From an uncultured beta proteobacterium (lineage in GTDB: Bacteria > Pseudomonadota > Gammaproteobacteria > Burkholderiales > Casimicrobiaceae), in the NCBI GenBank assembly GCA_963773195.1, contig CAVZAE010000002.1, positions 71,821 to 135,820 on the forward strand: a DNA stretch of 64,000 nt. Direction: 5' to 3'. Positions 25,396-35,600 of this stretch are shown here, in pieces; the stretch's first letter is position 1, and each line of letters opens with the position of its first letter. Position numbers and translations under genes: made by a program. Below the pieces are notes generated by a model. The model had not been told where the DNA came from and searched no databases. It was given only the letters and a program-made list of their open reading frames with translations.

Positions 25396-25913
25396 GAGTT
25401 GCCTCCTCCTGCAGCCGGTCCCTGCGCCGCGAGCGCACGCTTGAGGCGTCCGAGCAGCGCATGCAGGCGGTCGCGGTCGCCTTCTGCGAAACCCGCCAGC
25501 ATCTCCTCGACCCAGCGTTCGTGCTCGGCGGCCATCGCATCGAACGACCGCTTGCCTGCAACCGTGAGCCGGACCGCATGTGCGCGCCGGTCGCCGGGAA
25601 TCGCGCGCCGCTCGACCAGTCCTTCGGCGACCAGCGCCGCGGTGATGCCGGTGACGTTGCCGCCCGTCACCATCATCCGCCGCGACAGCTCGCCCATCCG
25701 CAGGCCCTCGGGATGACGCTCGAGCTGGGCCATCAGGTCGAAGCGTGGCAGCGTCGTCTCGAAGCCCTCGCGCAGCCGGCTGCGGATCCGGCTCTCGATC
25801 AGCATCGTGCATGTGAGCAGCCTGAGCCACAGCCGCAGCGCGTCGTGGTGGTCGTCGCGCACGCGCGACTCGGCATCGGCGGGAATCTCGATCGTATCGT
25901 TCATCGCGCTCAT
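25392..25913 (-). CDS. MarR-family transcriptional regulator
   Basis: Internal ATG (complement of 25911-25913) gives 173 aa: ...[63 protein letters not shown] is the winged-helix MarR core. Confidence 0.88.
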   Translation of the reverse strand: MSAMNDTIEIPADAESRVRDDHHDALRLWLRLLTCTMLIESRIRSRLREGFETTLPRFDLMAQLERHPEGLRMGELSRRMMVTGGNVTGITAALVAEGLVERRAIPGDRRAHAVRLTVAGKRSFDAMAAEHERWVEEMLAGFAEGDRDRLHALLGRLKRALAAQGPAAGGGNS

Positions 25914-28366
25914 CCGCGTGGCCTCCGCACTGCACGCGAGGATCGGTAGCCGAGAGGTGGGCCGCCGGAATCGCTCGGCGACGCGCCCTTCGGGCCTTGG
26001 CTGACACCCGCCTCGCTCATCCGTTCCTCCGGTCGCTCTGCCGCCATCTGCGCCGCGCGCGCGAGGTTGCGCTCGAGCTGCGCCTTGCCCGAGAGGTACT
26101 GCGGCGGCCACGCCATGTCGTGTAGCCGAGTGCGCCGCCGCGTGCAGCGTCCAGTACGGGTCCGCGAGATGCGGCCGCGCGAGCGCGCACAGGTCGGCGC
26201 GCCCCGCCATCATGATGCTGTTGACGTGGTCGGCCTCGAAGATCGCGCCGACGGCCATCGTCGCGATGCCGACCTCGTTCCGGATGCGGTCGGCGAACGG
26301 CGTCTGGTACATGCGGCCGTAGACCGGCTTCGCCTCGCGCGTGGTCTGCCCGGACGACACGTCGATCAGGTCGGCGCCCGCCGCCTTGAAGAGCCGCGCG
26401 ATCGCGACCGCGTCGTCCGGCGTGTTGCCGCCCGGCGCCCAGTCGTGGGCCGAGATCCGCACCGACATCGGCCGCTCGTGCGGCCACACGGCGCGCATCG
26501 CGCGGAACACCTCGAGCGGAAAGCGGCAGCGATTCTCGAGCGACCCGCCATAGCTCGTCGTCGCGCGCGATTGGTCAGCGGACAGATGAACGCCGACAGC
26601 AGGTAGCCGTGCGCGCAGTGCAGCTCGAGCCAGTCGAAGCCGCATTCGGCGCCGCAGCTGCGCGGCACGGACGAAGTCGCTCACGAACGCGGTCCATGTC
26701 GTCGCGCGGTCATCGCGCGCGGTACCTGGTTGCTGCGGACCATAGGCGATCGCCGAGGGCGCGATCAGCGGCCAGTTGCCCTGCGGCAACGGCTCGTCGG
26801 CGTCCTCCCAGCCGAGCTGCGTCGAGCCCTTCGGACCCGCGTGACCGAGCTGCAGCGCGATCTTCGCCGGCGTGCGGGCATGCACGAAGTCGACGATGCG
26901 CCTCCACGCGTCGCGCTGCTCGGGCCGTTCCACAGGCCGGCGCAGCCGGGCGTGATGCGCGCGTCCGCCGAGACGCAGGTCATTTCGGTGAACACGAGCC
27001 CGGCGCCGCCCAGTGCGCGCGGCTGCCCAGATGCACCAGGTAGAAGTCGTCGGGCATGCCGTCGCGGCACGAGTACATGCGCCATCGGCGACACGACGAC
27101 GCGGTTCGGCAAGCGTGATGCCGCGCAGCGTGAACGGCGTGAACATCGGCGGACGGCGTCTCCGCGTCGCCTGCGCTCTGCGCGAACCAGGCTTCGATCC
27201 GTTCGACGAAGCCCGGCGTCGCGCAGCCGCAGGTTCTCGTGGCCGATGCGCTGGCTGCCGGTCAGCAGGCTGTAGGCGAACTGCACCGGCTTCGAGGGCC
27301 GTGTAGCGCGCGACGTTCTCGAACCATTCCATGCGAGTTGCGCGCGGCGCTCTGCAGCTTCAGCACCTCGATCGCGCGCTCGCGCCTCGTATGCAGCGAG
27401 CGCGGTCCGGAGGTCGGGCGCTCGCGCCGATGTCGCGTGCGAGCGCGATGCGCGTCCTCCATGCGCGAGCTTGGTGCCCGAGCCGATCGAGAAGTGCGCC
27501 GTGTGCGCGGCGTCGCCCATCAGCACGACGGACGGCGGCCTCGACGTCGGTCCAATGCGCCCACGTCCGGCAGACGACGCGGGGAAACCTGATCCAGACC
27601 GCCGAGCCGCGCAGGTGCGCGCGTTGCTCATCAGCCGATGGCCGCCGAGCCACGTGCGCGAACAGCCGCTCGCAGAAGCGCGATGGCCTCGTCCTGGCTC
27701 ATTTGCTCGAGCCCGGACCTGTGCCAGACGTCCTCGGGCGTTTCGACGATGAACGTCGATGGTGTCTTCGTCGAACCGGTAGGCGTGCACCTGGAACCAG
27801 CCGTGGTCGGTCTCGTCGAACGCGAACGTGAACGCGTCGAACCGCTGCTTCGTGCCGAGCCAGATGAAGCGGCACTTGCGCACGTCGACGTCCGGGCTGA
27901 ACGTGCTCCGCGATAGCGCGTGCGGATCGAGCTGTTGACGCCGTCGGCCGCGACGACGAGATCGGCGCCGAAGTCGCGAGCCGTGCGATGTCGTCCGGCA
28001 CGTCCGTCTCGAACACCGAGTTCGACGCCCAGCGCTTCGCGGCGCGCTCCTGCAGGATGTTGAGCAGCCGCTTGCGGCCGATGCCGCAGAAGCCGTGGCC
28101 GCCCGACGTGATCTTCGTCCGCGGAAGTGAGACGTCGATGTCGTCCCAGTGGTGGAAGCTGCGCCGCGATCTCGGCGTGCGGTCTCGGGATCGGCCTCGC
28201 GAAAGTTGCCCAGCGTCTCGTCGGAGAACACGACGCCCCAGCCGAAGGTGTCGTCGGGCCGGTTGCGCTCGACGACGCGTGATGTCGCGTGCCGCGGATT
28301 CGCCTTCTTCATCAGGATCGAGAAATACAGGCCGGCCGGGCCGCCGCCGATGCAGACGATGCGCAA
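25910..28366 (-). pseudogene. 2-aminobenzoyl-CoA monooxygenase/reductase-like (salicylyl-CoA 5-hydroxylase family) bifunctional flavoprotein gene, fragmented by at least 20 (about 30) frame switches
   Basis: Homology islands lie in all three minus-strand frames, e.g. (M)[186 protein letters not shown]...[10 protein letters not shown]. Start is probably TTG at 28366 behind GAGGAGG (alternative ATG at 28426). The TGA overlaps the marR ATG. Confidence 0.85.
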
Positions 28367-28411
28367 GGGTCCTCCTCGAAGAGCCCGGCCGCGCCATCCG
28401 GCAGCAAGCGC

Positions 28412-28439
28412 TTTAAGGTTAAACATATTAGACCTTAAA
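28412..28439. promoter_or_regulatory. Perfect 8-bp inverted repeat TTTAAGGT-N12-ACCTTAAA in an AT-rich patch upstream of the monooxygenase-marR operon (candidate MarR operator/promoter)
   Basis: Seen directly at 28412-28419 and 28432-28439. The surrounding 35 nt are conspicuously AT-rich in an otherwise GC-rich sequence. Lies in the divergent gap between the catabolic operon and fimT. Confidence 0.35.
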
Positions 28440-28551
28440 TAGTGCCTGTCAAGCGCCGTTCGGTCATCCGGACGATTGCAGTGCTCTCTCCGGCCGTCGA
28501 GGATCGAGCGCGACGCGGACATCCCGGCCGCCTCGACCTCCGGAGATCCTC

Positions 28552-29097
28552 ATGGACCCTCACCGCCGGAGCGCGGTATCAGGTGTGACGCTGATCGAGC
28601 TTCTGGCCGGCCTCGCGCTGGCGGCCGTGCTCGTCGCCCTCGGCCTGCCCGTCTATGCCGACTGGATCGCCGACTATCAGGTGCTGAACCATGCGGAAAA
28701 ACTCGCGGGCACCATGAATATCGCGCGCTCCGAGGCGCTGAAACGCGGCCACCCCGTCGACGTGTGCAAGTCGGTGGACTTGCGCGACTGCGCGAGCAGG
28801 GGCGGCTGGGAGGAAGGCTACATCATGCTTGTCGACAGCGATCGCGATGGTGCGCTCGATGCCGGCGAGCGTGCGCTTCGCGTCGAGGGACCTGCCGCGA
28901 ATGGCATCACGATCCGTGGCAATCGCCCCGTCGCCGACTACATCTCGTACACGAGCCTCGGTACGGCGCGGTTGCTGCGCGGCGGACTGCAGATGGGCAC
29001 GATCACCGTGTGCAAGAGCGGACGACGCGCGGTCGATGTCGTGCTGGCGCACAGCGGACGCGCGCGCATTCAGCGCACCGCGGCCATCTGCCCCTGA
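28552..29097 (+). CDS. fimT: Type IV pilus minor pilin, GspH/FimT family
   Basis: 181 aa. Prepilin leader and N-methylation motif GVTLIELLAGLALAAVLVALGLPVY, followed by a GspH-domain-like body. GGAG lies 8 nt upstream of the ATG. Confidence 0.8.
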   Translation: MDPHRRSAVSGVTLIELLAGLALAAVLVALGLPVYADWIADYQVLNHAEKLAGTMNIARSEALKRGHPVDVCKSVDLRDCASRGGWEEGYIMLVDSDRDGALDAGERALRVEGPAANGITIRGNRPVADYISYTSLGTARLLRGGLQMGTITVCKSGRRAVDVVLAHSGRARIQRTAAICP

Positions 29098-29254
29098 CGT
29101 TCTTCGTCACTCCGTCGTGCAAGGACCGGGCGACGCTCGCAACGTCGCCTGGCAAGTGCGTCACCGTCCGTTCCCGCAGGGCGGCCACTGGTCGGGATCG
29201 TTTGCCGGAGCCCCTCCCCGCCCCTACGATAGCCCCACCTCAAAGGGGAGTGCC

Positions 29255-29714
29255 ATGCATCGTGCCCATCTTCCAGCGGTTCGTTCGAGCACCGGCTTCA
29301 CGCTGCTCGAGTTGATGATTGTCGTGCTCGTGATCGGCATCCTCGCCGCGATCGCGACCCCGATGTACGCCGACTATCTCATCCGCGGCAAGCTCGTTGA
29401 CGCCACGACCAAGCTCGGAGACTTCCGCACGCAGATGGAGAAGTACTACATGGACAACCTGGACGTACCTTAACGGCGCGGCCTGCGGCGTGCCGAATCT
29501 CGTGCTGAGGCCGGACGACAACTTCCAGGTCACCTGCGCCGGAGCGGCGGGTCCGCCGGAAACCTACACGGTCACCGCGGCGGGCGTGGCCGCGAGGGGG
29601 ATGGCGGGTTTCGTGTACACCGTCGATCAGGCGAACGCGAAAACATCGGCTGGCCCTAGCGGCAAATACACGAATGGCGCGTGCTGGGCGCTTCGTAAGG
29701 ACGGCACGTGCTAA
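29255..29714 (+). pseudogene. pilE: Type IV pilin PilE-like minor pilin, with a +1 frame switch near 29457-29462
   Basis: ATG at 29255 behind AAAGGGGAG: MHRAHLPAVRSSTGFTLLELMIVVLVIGILAAIATPMYADYLIRGKLVDATTKLGDFRTQMEKYYMDN, then TAA. The remainder (TYLNGAACGVP...FQVTCAGAAGPPETYTVTAAGVAARGMAGFVYTVDQANAKTS...CWALRKDGTC*) is in ORF 29397..29714. The span is 460 nt (3n+1). Confidence 0.8.
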
Positions 29715-30265
29715 TGGCGCTGCCGCGCACCGGGGGCTTCACGCTGATCGAGCTCATGATCGGGATCGCGATCGCCGCGACCCTGGTGGTGCTCGCACTG
29801 CCTGCCTACCAGGTCTGGATCGCCGACGCGCAAATCCGCAACGCCGCCGAGTCAATCGCCAGCGGCATGCGCCTCGCGCAAGGCCAGGCGGTCGCGCGCA
29901 ACGCCACGATCGAGTTAAGTCTCGATCCGACCACAGGTACCGGGGGTTGGACGGCGCAACAGATCGACCGAACGACCTGCGCCGCCGTGGGAACGCCCGT
30001 GCAGGTCGCGACGTTTCAGGAAGGCTCGCCGCTCGCCAAATTCCTTCCGTTGCCCGCCGGTGCCACGACGGTGCAGTTCACGAGCCTCGGTGCCACGGCC
30101 GCGCCTTGCGACGGCAGCCCGACGCTGACCGAGGTCCAGATCTCGTCCGCGGTCGGGGTTGCCGGCGCACGCAATTTGAACGTGCTGGTCGGCGGCAGCC
30201 GCACCGGCATCAAGGTCTGCGACCCGAAGTGGCCCGCCACCGATCCCAAGGGCTGTCCCCCGTGA
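29714..30265 (+). CDS. fimU: Type IV pilus minor pilin, GspH/FimU family
   Basis: MALPRTGGFTLIELMIGIAIAATLVVLALPAYQVWIADAQIRNAAESIASGMRLAQ... The ATG at 29714 overlaps the pilE TAA; a GTG at 29708 is an alternative start. Sits directly upstream of pilV, as fimU does in characterised operons. Confidence 0.8.
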   Translation: MALPRTGGFTLIELMIGIAIAATLVVLALPAYQVWIADAQIRNAAESIASGMRLAQGQAVARNATIELSLDPTTGTGGWTAQQIDRTTCAAVGTPVQVATFQEGSPLAKFLPLPAGATTVQFTSLGATAAPCDGSPTLTEVQISSAVGVAGARNLNVLVGGSRTGIKVCDPKWPATDPKGCPP

Positions 30266-30744
30266 ACACACCAATGCGTACCTTGCGAACCCGCCGCTTG
30301 TCGACGCCGCGCGCCCAGCACGGCAACTTCCTGCTCGAGGCACTGATCTCGGTGCTGATCGTCGCGTTCGGGCTGCTCGGCCTGCTCGCGCTCCAGGCCC
30401 GCGCGATGCAGAACGTCGACGATGCCCAGTACCGGGCCGAGGCCGCCTATCTGGCAAACGCGCTGCTCGGCCAGATGTGGGTGCACGACCCGAAGACGGC
30501 GCAGCTCAAAGCCGACTTCGACGATTCCGCGGGCGGGCCCAACTACATCGAATTCAAGACCTGGGTGGCGCAGCGGCTCCCCGGGGGAAACATCTTCGCT
30601 CCCAAAGTGTCCGTTGCGCCGGGCCTGACGCCGCAGGCCACCGATGTGCGCATTCAGATCTTCTGGCAGCCGCCGAGCGAGGCTTCGTCCCCGCTGGGGC
30701 CACACAAGTACGACATCGCTGCGACCGTCGCGGGGAATCCATGA
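30262..30744 (+). CDS. pilV: Type IV pilus modification/minor pilin PilV
   Basis: Internal to ORF 29674..30744: (V)NTPMRTLRTRRLSTPRAQHGNFLLEALISVLIVAFGLLGLLALQARAMQNVDDAQYRAEAAYLANALLGQMW. GTG at 30262 overlaps the fimU TGA; ATG at 30274 is an alternative start. Confidence 0.8.
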   Translation: MNTPMRTLRTRRLSTPRAQHGNFLLEALISVLIVAFGLLGLLALQARAMQNVDDAQYRAEAAYLANALLGQMWVHDPKTAQLKADFDDSAGGPNYIEFKTWVAQRLPGGNIFAPKVSVAPGLTPQATDVRIQIFWQPPSEASSPLGPHKYDIAATVAGNP

Positions 30745-31936
30745 GCGCGCGTTTCCGCCGTTCGCCTGCGCGCCAGCGCGGCATGGGCATCGTCGAGACG
30801 ATGGTCGGAATCCTGATCGGGATGGTCGTCGTCCTCGCGATCTACAACGTCTTCGCGATCGCCGAGGGCTACAAGCGGACGACGGTGGGCGTCGCCGACG
30901 CGCAGACCACCGGCCTCTTCGCTCAATTCATCCTGGCGCGTGAAATCGGCAACGCCGGCACGGGGCTTGCGATCAACGCGGCGAACCTCGTGAAGTGCAG
31001 GCTCGGTGACCCGAACTGGGTCTCGCCGCCAGGGTTCTTCACGCTAGCCGGTGCGCGCGCCGTCCGTCCGGTTCCAGTGCTGATCCGCGACGGCGGCGCC
31101 GCCAACGCGTCGGAGCAATTGATCGTCACCTACGCCACGCCGGTGCACATCGTCAATTCGGTGCTCATCGTCGACGCGCCGATGGCGGTCAACACCGACC
31201 CGATCTACGTGCAAAGCCCGAACGGTTTCCGGGTCAACGACCGGATCATCGTCAACGCCGAGAACGCGGCCGGTGATTGCGAGCTTACGACGATCACCGG
31301 CATAACGCCGGGCGACTCGCTCGGCAACGTCACGACCGGGATGGTCGGCCTCTCGCACCCCGCGCTGGCGAAGGCCACGTACATACCCTCCGGTGCCACG
31401 GATGCCGCCAACGTGCTCAATATGGGCCAGGTCGGCGAGTCGACGCGGACGCTGTTCGACATCGCCGGCAATCAGCTGCGGACGACCGACCTGCTCGCCA
31501 ACGCGCCGGCCGTCCCCATCGCGCAGAATGTGGTGCTGCTCAAGGCGCAATACGGCGTCGATTGTGCCGGCAACGGCATCGTCACCTGGACGTCGGCCAC
31601 GGCGAGCGGCGTGTGCGGCCGCAACTACACGCCCGACGACTTCATGCCCCCGCGCCGGCGGTCGCGGCCCAGGGGATGAACACGACGACCTACGCGCAAT
31701 GGCTGTCGCGGATCCGCGCGGTGCGGATCGCGATCGTCGTGCGCAGCGACCAGCCCGACCTCAAGGACCCGGCGCTCGTTGGCCAGACCGCCAGGCTCTT
31801 CGACTGCTCGGCCCACAACGCCACCTGCCAGGGTGTGATCGCGATCAACAGCGCGACCCTGACCGACGGCTGGCGGCACCGGATCTACGAGACGATCGTC
31901 CCGATGCGCAACGCGATCTACAACAACGGAACGTGA
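30741..31936 (+). pseudogene. pilW: Type IV pilus assembly protein PilW, frame switch in a C5 run at 31647-31651
   Basis: MSARFRRSPARQRGMGIVETMVGILIGMVVVLAIYNVFAIAEGYKRTT... (ATG overlaps the pilV TGA) reads to ...GRNYTPDDFM, then continues in ORF 31277..31936 as PAPAVAAQGMNTTTYAQWLSRIRAVRIAIVVRSDQPDLKD...PMRNAIYNNGT*. The span is 1196 nt (3n+2). Confidence 0.8.
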
Positions 31937-32592
31937 TGACCATGCCTGCCATTCGACCACGCGTTGCCGCGCCGCGCGCCCAGCGGGGCGTCGTCCTGTT
32001 CATCGCACTGATCGCGATGGTGGTGATGAGCCTCGCGGGCGTGGCACTGATCCGCGCCGTCGACACGTCCGGCTCGGCCGCGGGCAACATCGCGTTCCGG
32101 GAAGCTTCAGTCACCGCGGTCAACTTTGCCATCGAGCAAGCGGTCGATTGGCTGTACGTGAACAAGACGCTCAATCCGGATACCGACGTCGACAACGTGC
32201 ACCACTACTACGGCAAGCTCCAGGCGGGCGAGTTGTCGAACGGCGTGCCGGCAGTGCTCGGCGGTACGTACACGGCGATGAAGGTGGCGTACCCATTCGG
32301 CCCGGCGGACACCTACACCGCTTTCCCCACCCTGCCGGGGAACGCCGAGGTCCGGTCGGTGATCGAGCGGATCTGCAGCCCCGCGGCGCCCGTCCCCCCG
32401 GCTCCGGCGGTGCTGACCTTTATCGAGAAGACCCAGTATTGCGATTCACAACCGCCGAAAGTCTCACCGGCCAAGACGTCGATGAAGCTCAAGGGGCCGA
32501 CGCTCCCGCCGATTCCACTTTACCGCGTCACGATCCGAGTCGATCTACCGGGCACCAACACGGCATCGTACGCGCAGGCGATGCTGCACTGA
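31936..32592 (+). CDS. pilX: Type IV pilus minor pilin PilX-family protein
   Basis: ATG at 31936 overlaps the pilW TGA: MTMPAIRPRVAAPRAQRGVVLFIALIAMVVMSLAGVALIRAVDTSGSAAGNIAFREASV is the PilX N-terminal pattern. 218 aa. Confidence 0.75.
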   Translation: MTMPAIRPRVAAPRAQRGVVLFIALIAMVVMSLAGVALIRAVDTSGSAAGNIAFREASVTAVNFAIEQAVDWLYVNKTLNPDTDVDNVHHYYGKLQAGELSNGVPAVLGGTYTAMKVAYPFGPADTYTAFPTLPGNAEVRSVIERICSPAAPVPPAPAVLTFIEKTQYCDSQPPKVSPAKTSMKLKGPTLPPIPLYRVTIRVDLPGTNTASYAQAMLH

Positions 32593-32617
32593 TCGCCGGC
32601 GCACAGGGAAGGCTGCC

Positions 32618-35600
32618 ATGAATCCGAAAACAACGTTCAAACGTTTCGTCCGCCAGACGCTGGTCGGGCTCGTGAGCATCGGCCTCGTACTCGGGCCGCT
32701 GGCCGACGCGGCCCGCGCGCAGACGCCGCTCGCCGACATTCCGATCGCCTCGAAGGTGACCGCGAAGCCCAACATCGTCTACACGCTCGACGACTCCGGC
32801 AGCATGCAGTTCGGCTACCTGCCCGACTGGGTCATCGCGGGCGCAGCGACGACGAGCGTGACGAAGATCACGCGGGCCGCCGCGACGGCGACGGTGCAGG
32901 TCGCGTCGACCGCGGCGCTCTCCGTGGGCCAGTGGGTCATCATCGCGGGCGCGAACCAGCCCGAATACAACGGCGAGTTCCAGATCGTTTCAATCCCGAA
33001 CGGAACGACGTTCACGATCACAATCGTCGGCGCGCCGGTCTCGCCGGCGACCGGTACCATCACCTACGCGATCGGCAGCGCCTACTGCCGCGGCGGGACG
33101 AGCACGGCGGCCTGCAGCGTCGGCGCGCTCAGCACGTTCAATTCGCCGCCGTTCTACGCGGCGGATTTCAATCACCTCGCCTACGACCCGAACGTCAACT
33201 ACCAGCCGCCGGTCAATTACGACGGCTCGCCGCGCACGCACACGATCGGCTCCGACACCGACGCCGCGGGGAACCAGGCATTCTTCGCCAACGTCCAGTC
33301 CGACCCCTTCAACTCGGTGAACACGCACGTCAACCTGACGGCCAAGGTCGCGGTTCCCCTCTTCTGCAACACGGACTGGCCGATTACCAAGGGCGGGCCC
33401 GCGAGCAGCCTGACGATCGCTGACATCGGCGACGCGAACGGCGAGAACTCGCCGCCGGTGGCCGGAGTCGGCGACTGGTGCCGGATCAACGGCACGGAAT
33501 ACACGGCGTCGGCCGCCTCCAGCGCACCCGCCGTCACGTATGCGAACGGAAACGTGCTGTACGACTACCCGTACAAGAGCTCGAGCGGCGCCACCGGGAC
33601 GCAATATTTCTTCACCTGGCCGAACCAGGCAAACAAGGTCCTTTACTGCGACAAGACCTCGCCGTACTGGCCGCGCGTGCAGGGCGCGATCACTGGTTGC
33701 ACGCTGGGGGGCACGCCAACCTGTGGCGGCGGCGCGTGTACGCCCGTCATCACCAAGCAGACGTGCAACCTGAGCACCCCGGGCAAGACCTGCAACCCCA
33801 CGCCTGCGCTCCGCAATTTTTCGCCAGCGACTTGCAAGACGCCGTCCGCGCTCTACTGCCTCCCGAACGTCGGTGGATCCGATGGCAATTCACCGGGCAC
33901 CGGCACCGCGCCGGAGTGCCTGCCTTGCACGTGCAACGCGGACTTTCAACCGGCCAACACCAAGAAGTGCAGCGTCGTCGGCAACGCGTGCACGTCCGTG
34001 TGCGGCTCGCCGGGCTGCGACACGGCCGAGTGTCCCGACCAGTCGGTGACGCCGGCTCCGAACGGCTGCAGCGTCGGCGTCCCGATCTTCAACTACACGC
34101 CGGCCGGCAGCACGACGTGCACCGCGGTCCTCTGGGACCCCGTCGCCAATGCCCCGTCGGCGACGACGACCCTGCAGGACTCCAACGCGCAAGGGTATGC
34201 CTGCCGCCACAACAACCAGGTCTACGCGGTGAGCGGCGCGCCCGCGGCCGGCGGTCCCTACACGTACCCGCGGACCAACCTCGGCGATGTCTATGCGGCA
34301 AACAAGACCGGCGTCGCGCCGTACACGCAGGCGGGCCAGTTCACGACGGTGACGGTGTCCGGATGTCCGACGATCGGCACGACGATCAACATCCCGCGCC
34401 ACTACTACACGATCGACTCGATCGCAGTTCTGCGACAACACCGACAACACGGTCAACGGCGCGTGGCGCGGCTTCGGCACTGGCGCCTGCAAGCCCGCGA
34501 ATGACCTGACGCAGTTCGAGAACGTTCAGTACGGCGCGTTCCATCGCATCGACCTCGTCGCGGGACGTACCTACAACTACATCGACCAGGTCACGCAGTT
34601 TCCATTCACGCGCACGTACGCGCAGGAGATCATTAACTACGCGAACTGGTACGCCTATTACCGCCTTCGCGCCCACGCTGCGAAGACGACGTCCTCGCTC
34701 GCGTTCAACGCACTGGACAACACGTACCGCGTCGGCTTCCACACCCTCGGTCAGGAGCCACCGCCGATTGGCCCCAGCCCCGCGACCAACGCCCCCGTCT
34801 GGGTCGACGTCGACGATTTCAACCCAGGCGCTGGGAATCAGCGGAATCTGTGGTGGAACGCGCTGTTCTCGGTCCCGACCCAGACCACCGTCAAGACGCC
34901 GACGCTCTCCGCGATGCTGCGGGTCGGCAACCTGTTCGAGACCGGCGGGGCCGGAGGACTTCCGGCGACCGTCTACCCGCTGCCCGCGGGCGCCAAGGAT
35001 CCGCTGAAGGATGCAAAAGGCAAGGTCGTGAGCTGCCAGAGCAACTATCACATCCTGTTCACCGACGGGTTCACGAACCAGATCGCCCTTCCGACGGTCG
35101 CCGGCGAACAGGACAACGTCACACCCGGATCGTGGCCGGCGCCAGGCCTGCTCGTGGACGGCGTCACGCCGAATCCCGACAACGTTTTGCCAGACCTTCC
35201 CACGGGTACCGCGTGGCCGCCGCCGTTCAAATGGGGCACGAAGGCCGTTCCGGACACGCTGGCCGACGTCGGGATGTTCTACTGGGCGCGCGACCTCCGG
35301 CCAGGGGTCAAGGACGACGTGCCGTCCTGGTCGGGCAAGACGCCGAACGATGTCGATCCCTCGAAGGACGTCGCCTGGTGGCAGCACGTGAACTTCTCCG
35401 CGCTGTCGTTCGGCTCGGCCGGCACGCTCGACGTCGAGAACCAGAAAGCGACCCTCGACGCGATGCAGCCGCCGCCACTCCCAGGCGCCAACCTGCAATG
35501 GCCGGATCTCACGAGCCCGAACAATCCGCCGCTGCCCGCGGGCAACAAGGGTGCGGTCGGCATCGACGACCTCTGGCACGCGACGGTGAATGCTCGCGGC

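Noticed and set aside
29098-29254. Sigma-54 promoter (GG-N10-GC) upstream of pilE
   Set aside because: The two GG...GC candidates (CTGGCAAGTGCGTCAC and CTGGTCGGGATCGTTTGCC) have the wrong spacing or lack the GC element.
29455-29462. CCWGG (Dcm-type) sequence at the pilE frame switch, and again at the mtfA switch (56487-56491)
   Set aside because: Only two of the roughly 18 switches outside the monooxygenase gene show it. The others lie in unrelated contexts, so this is most likely coincidence.
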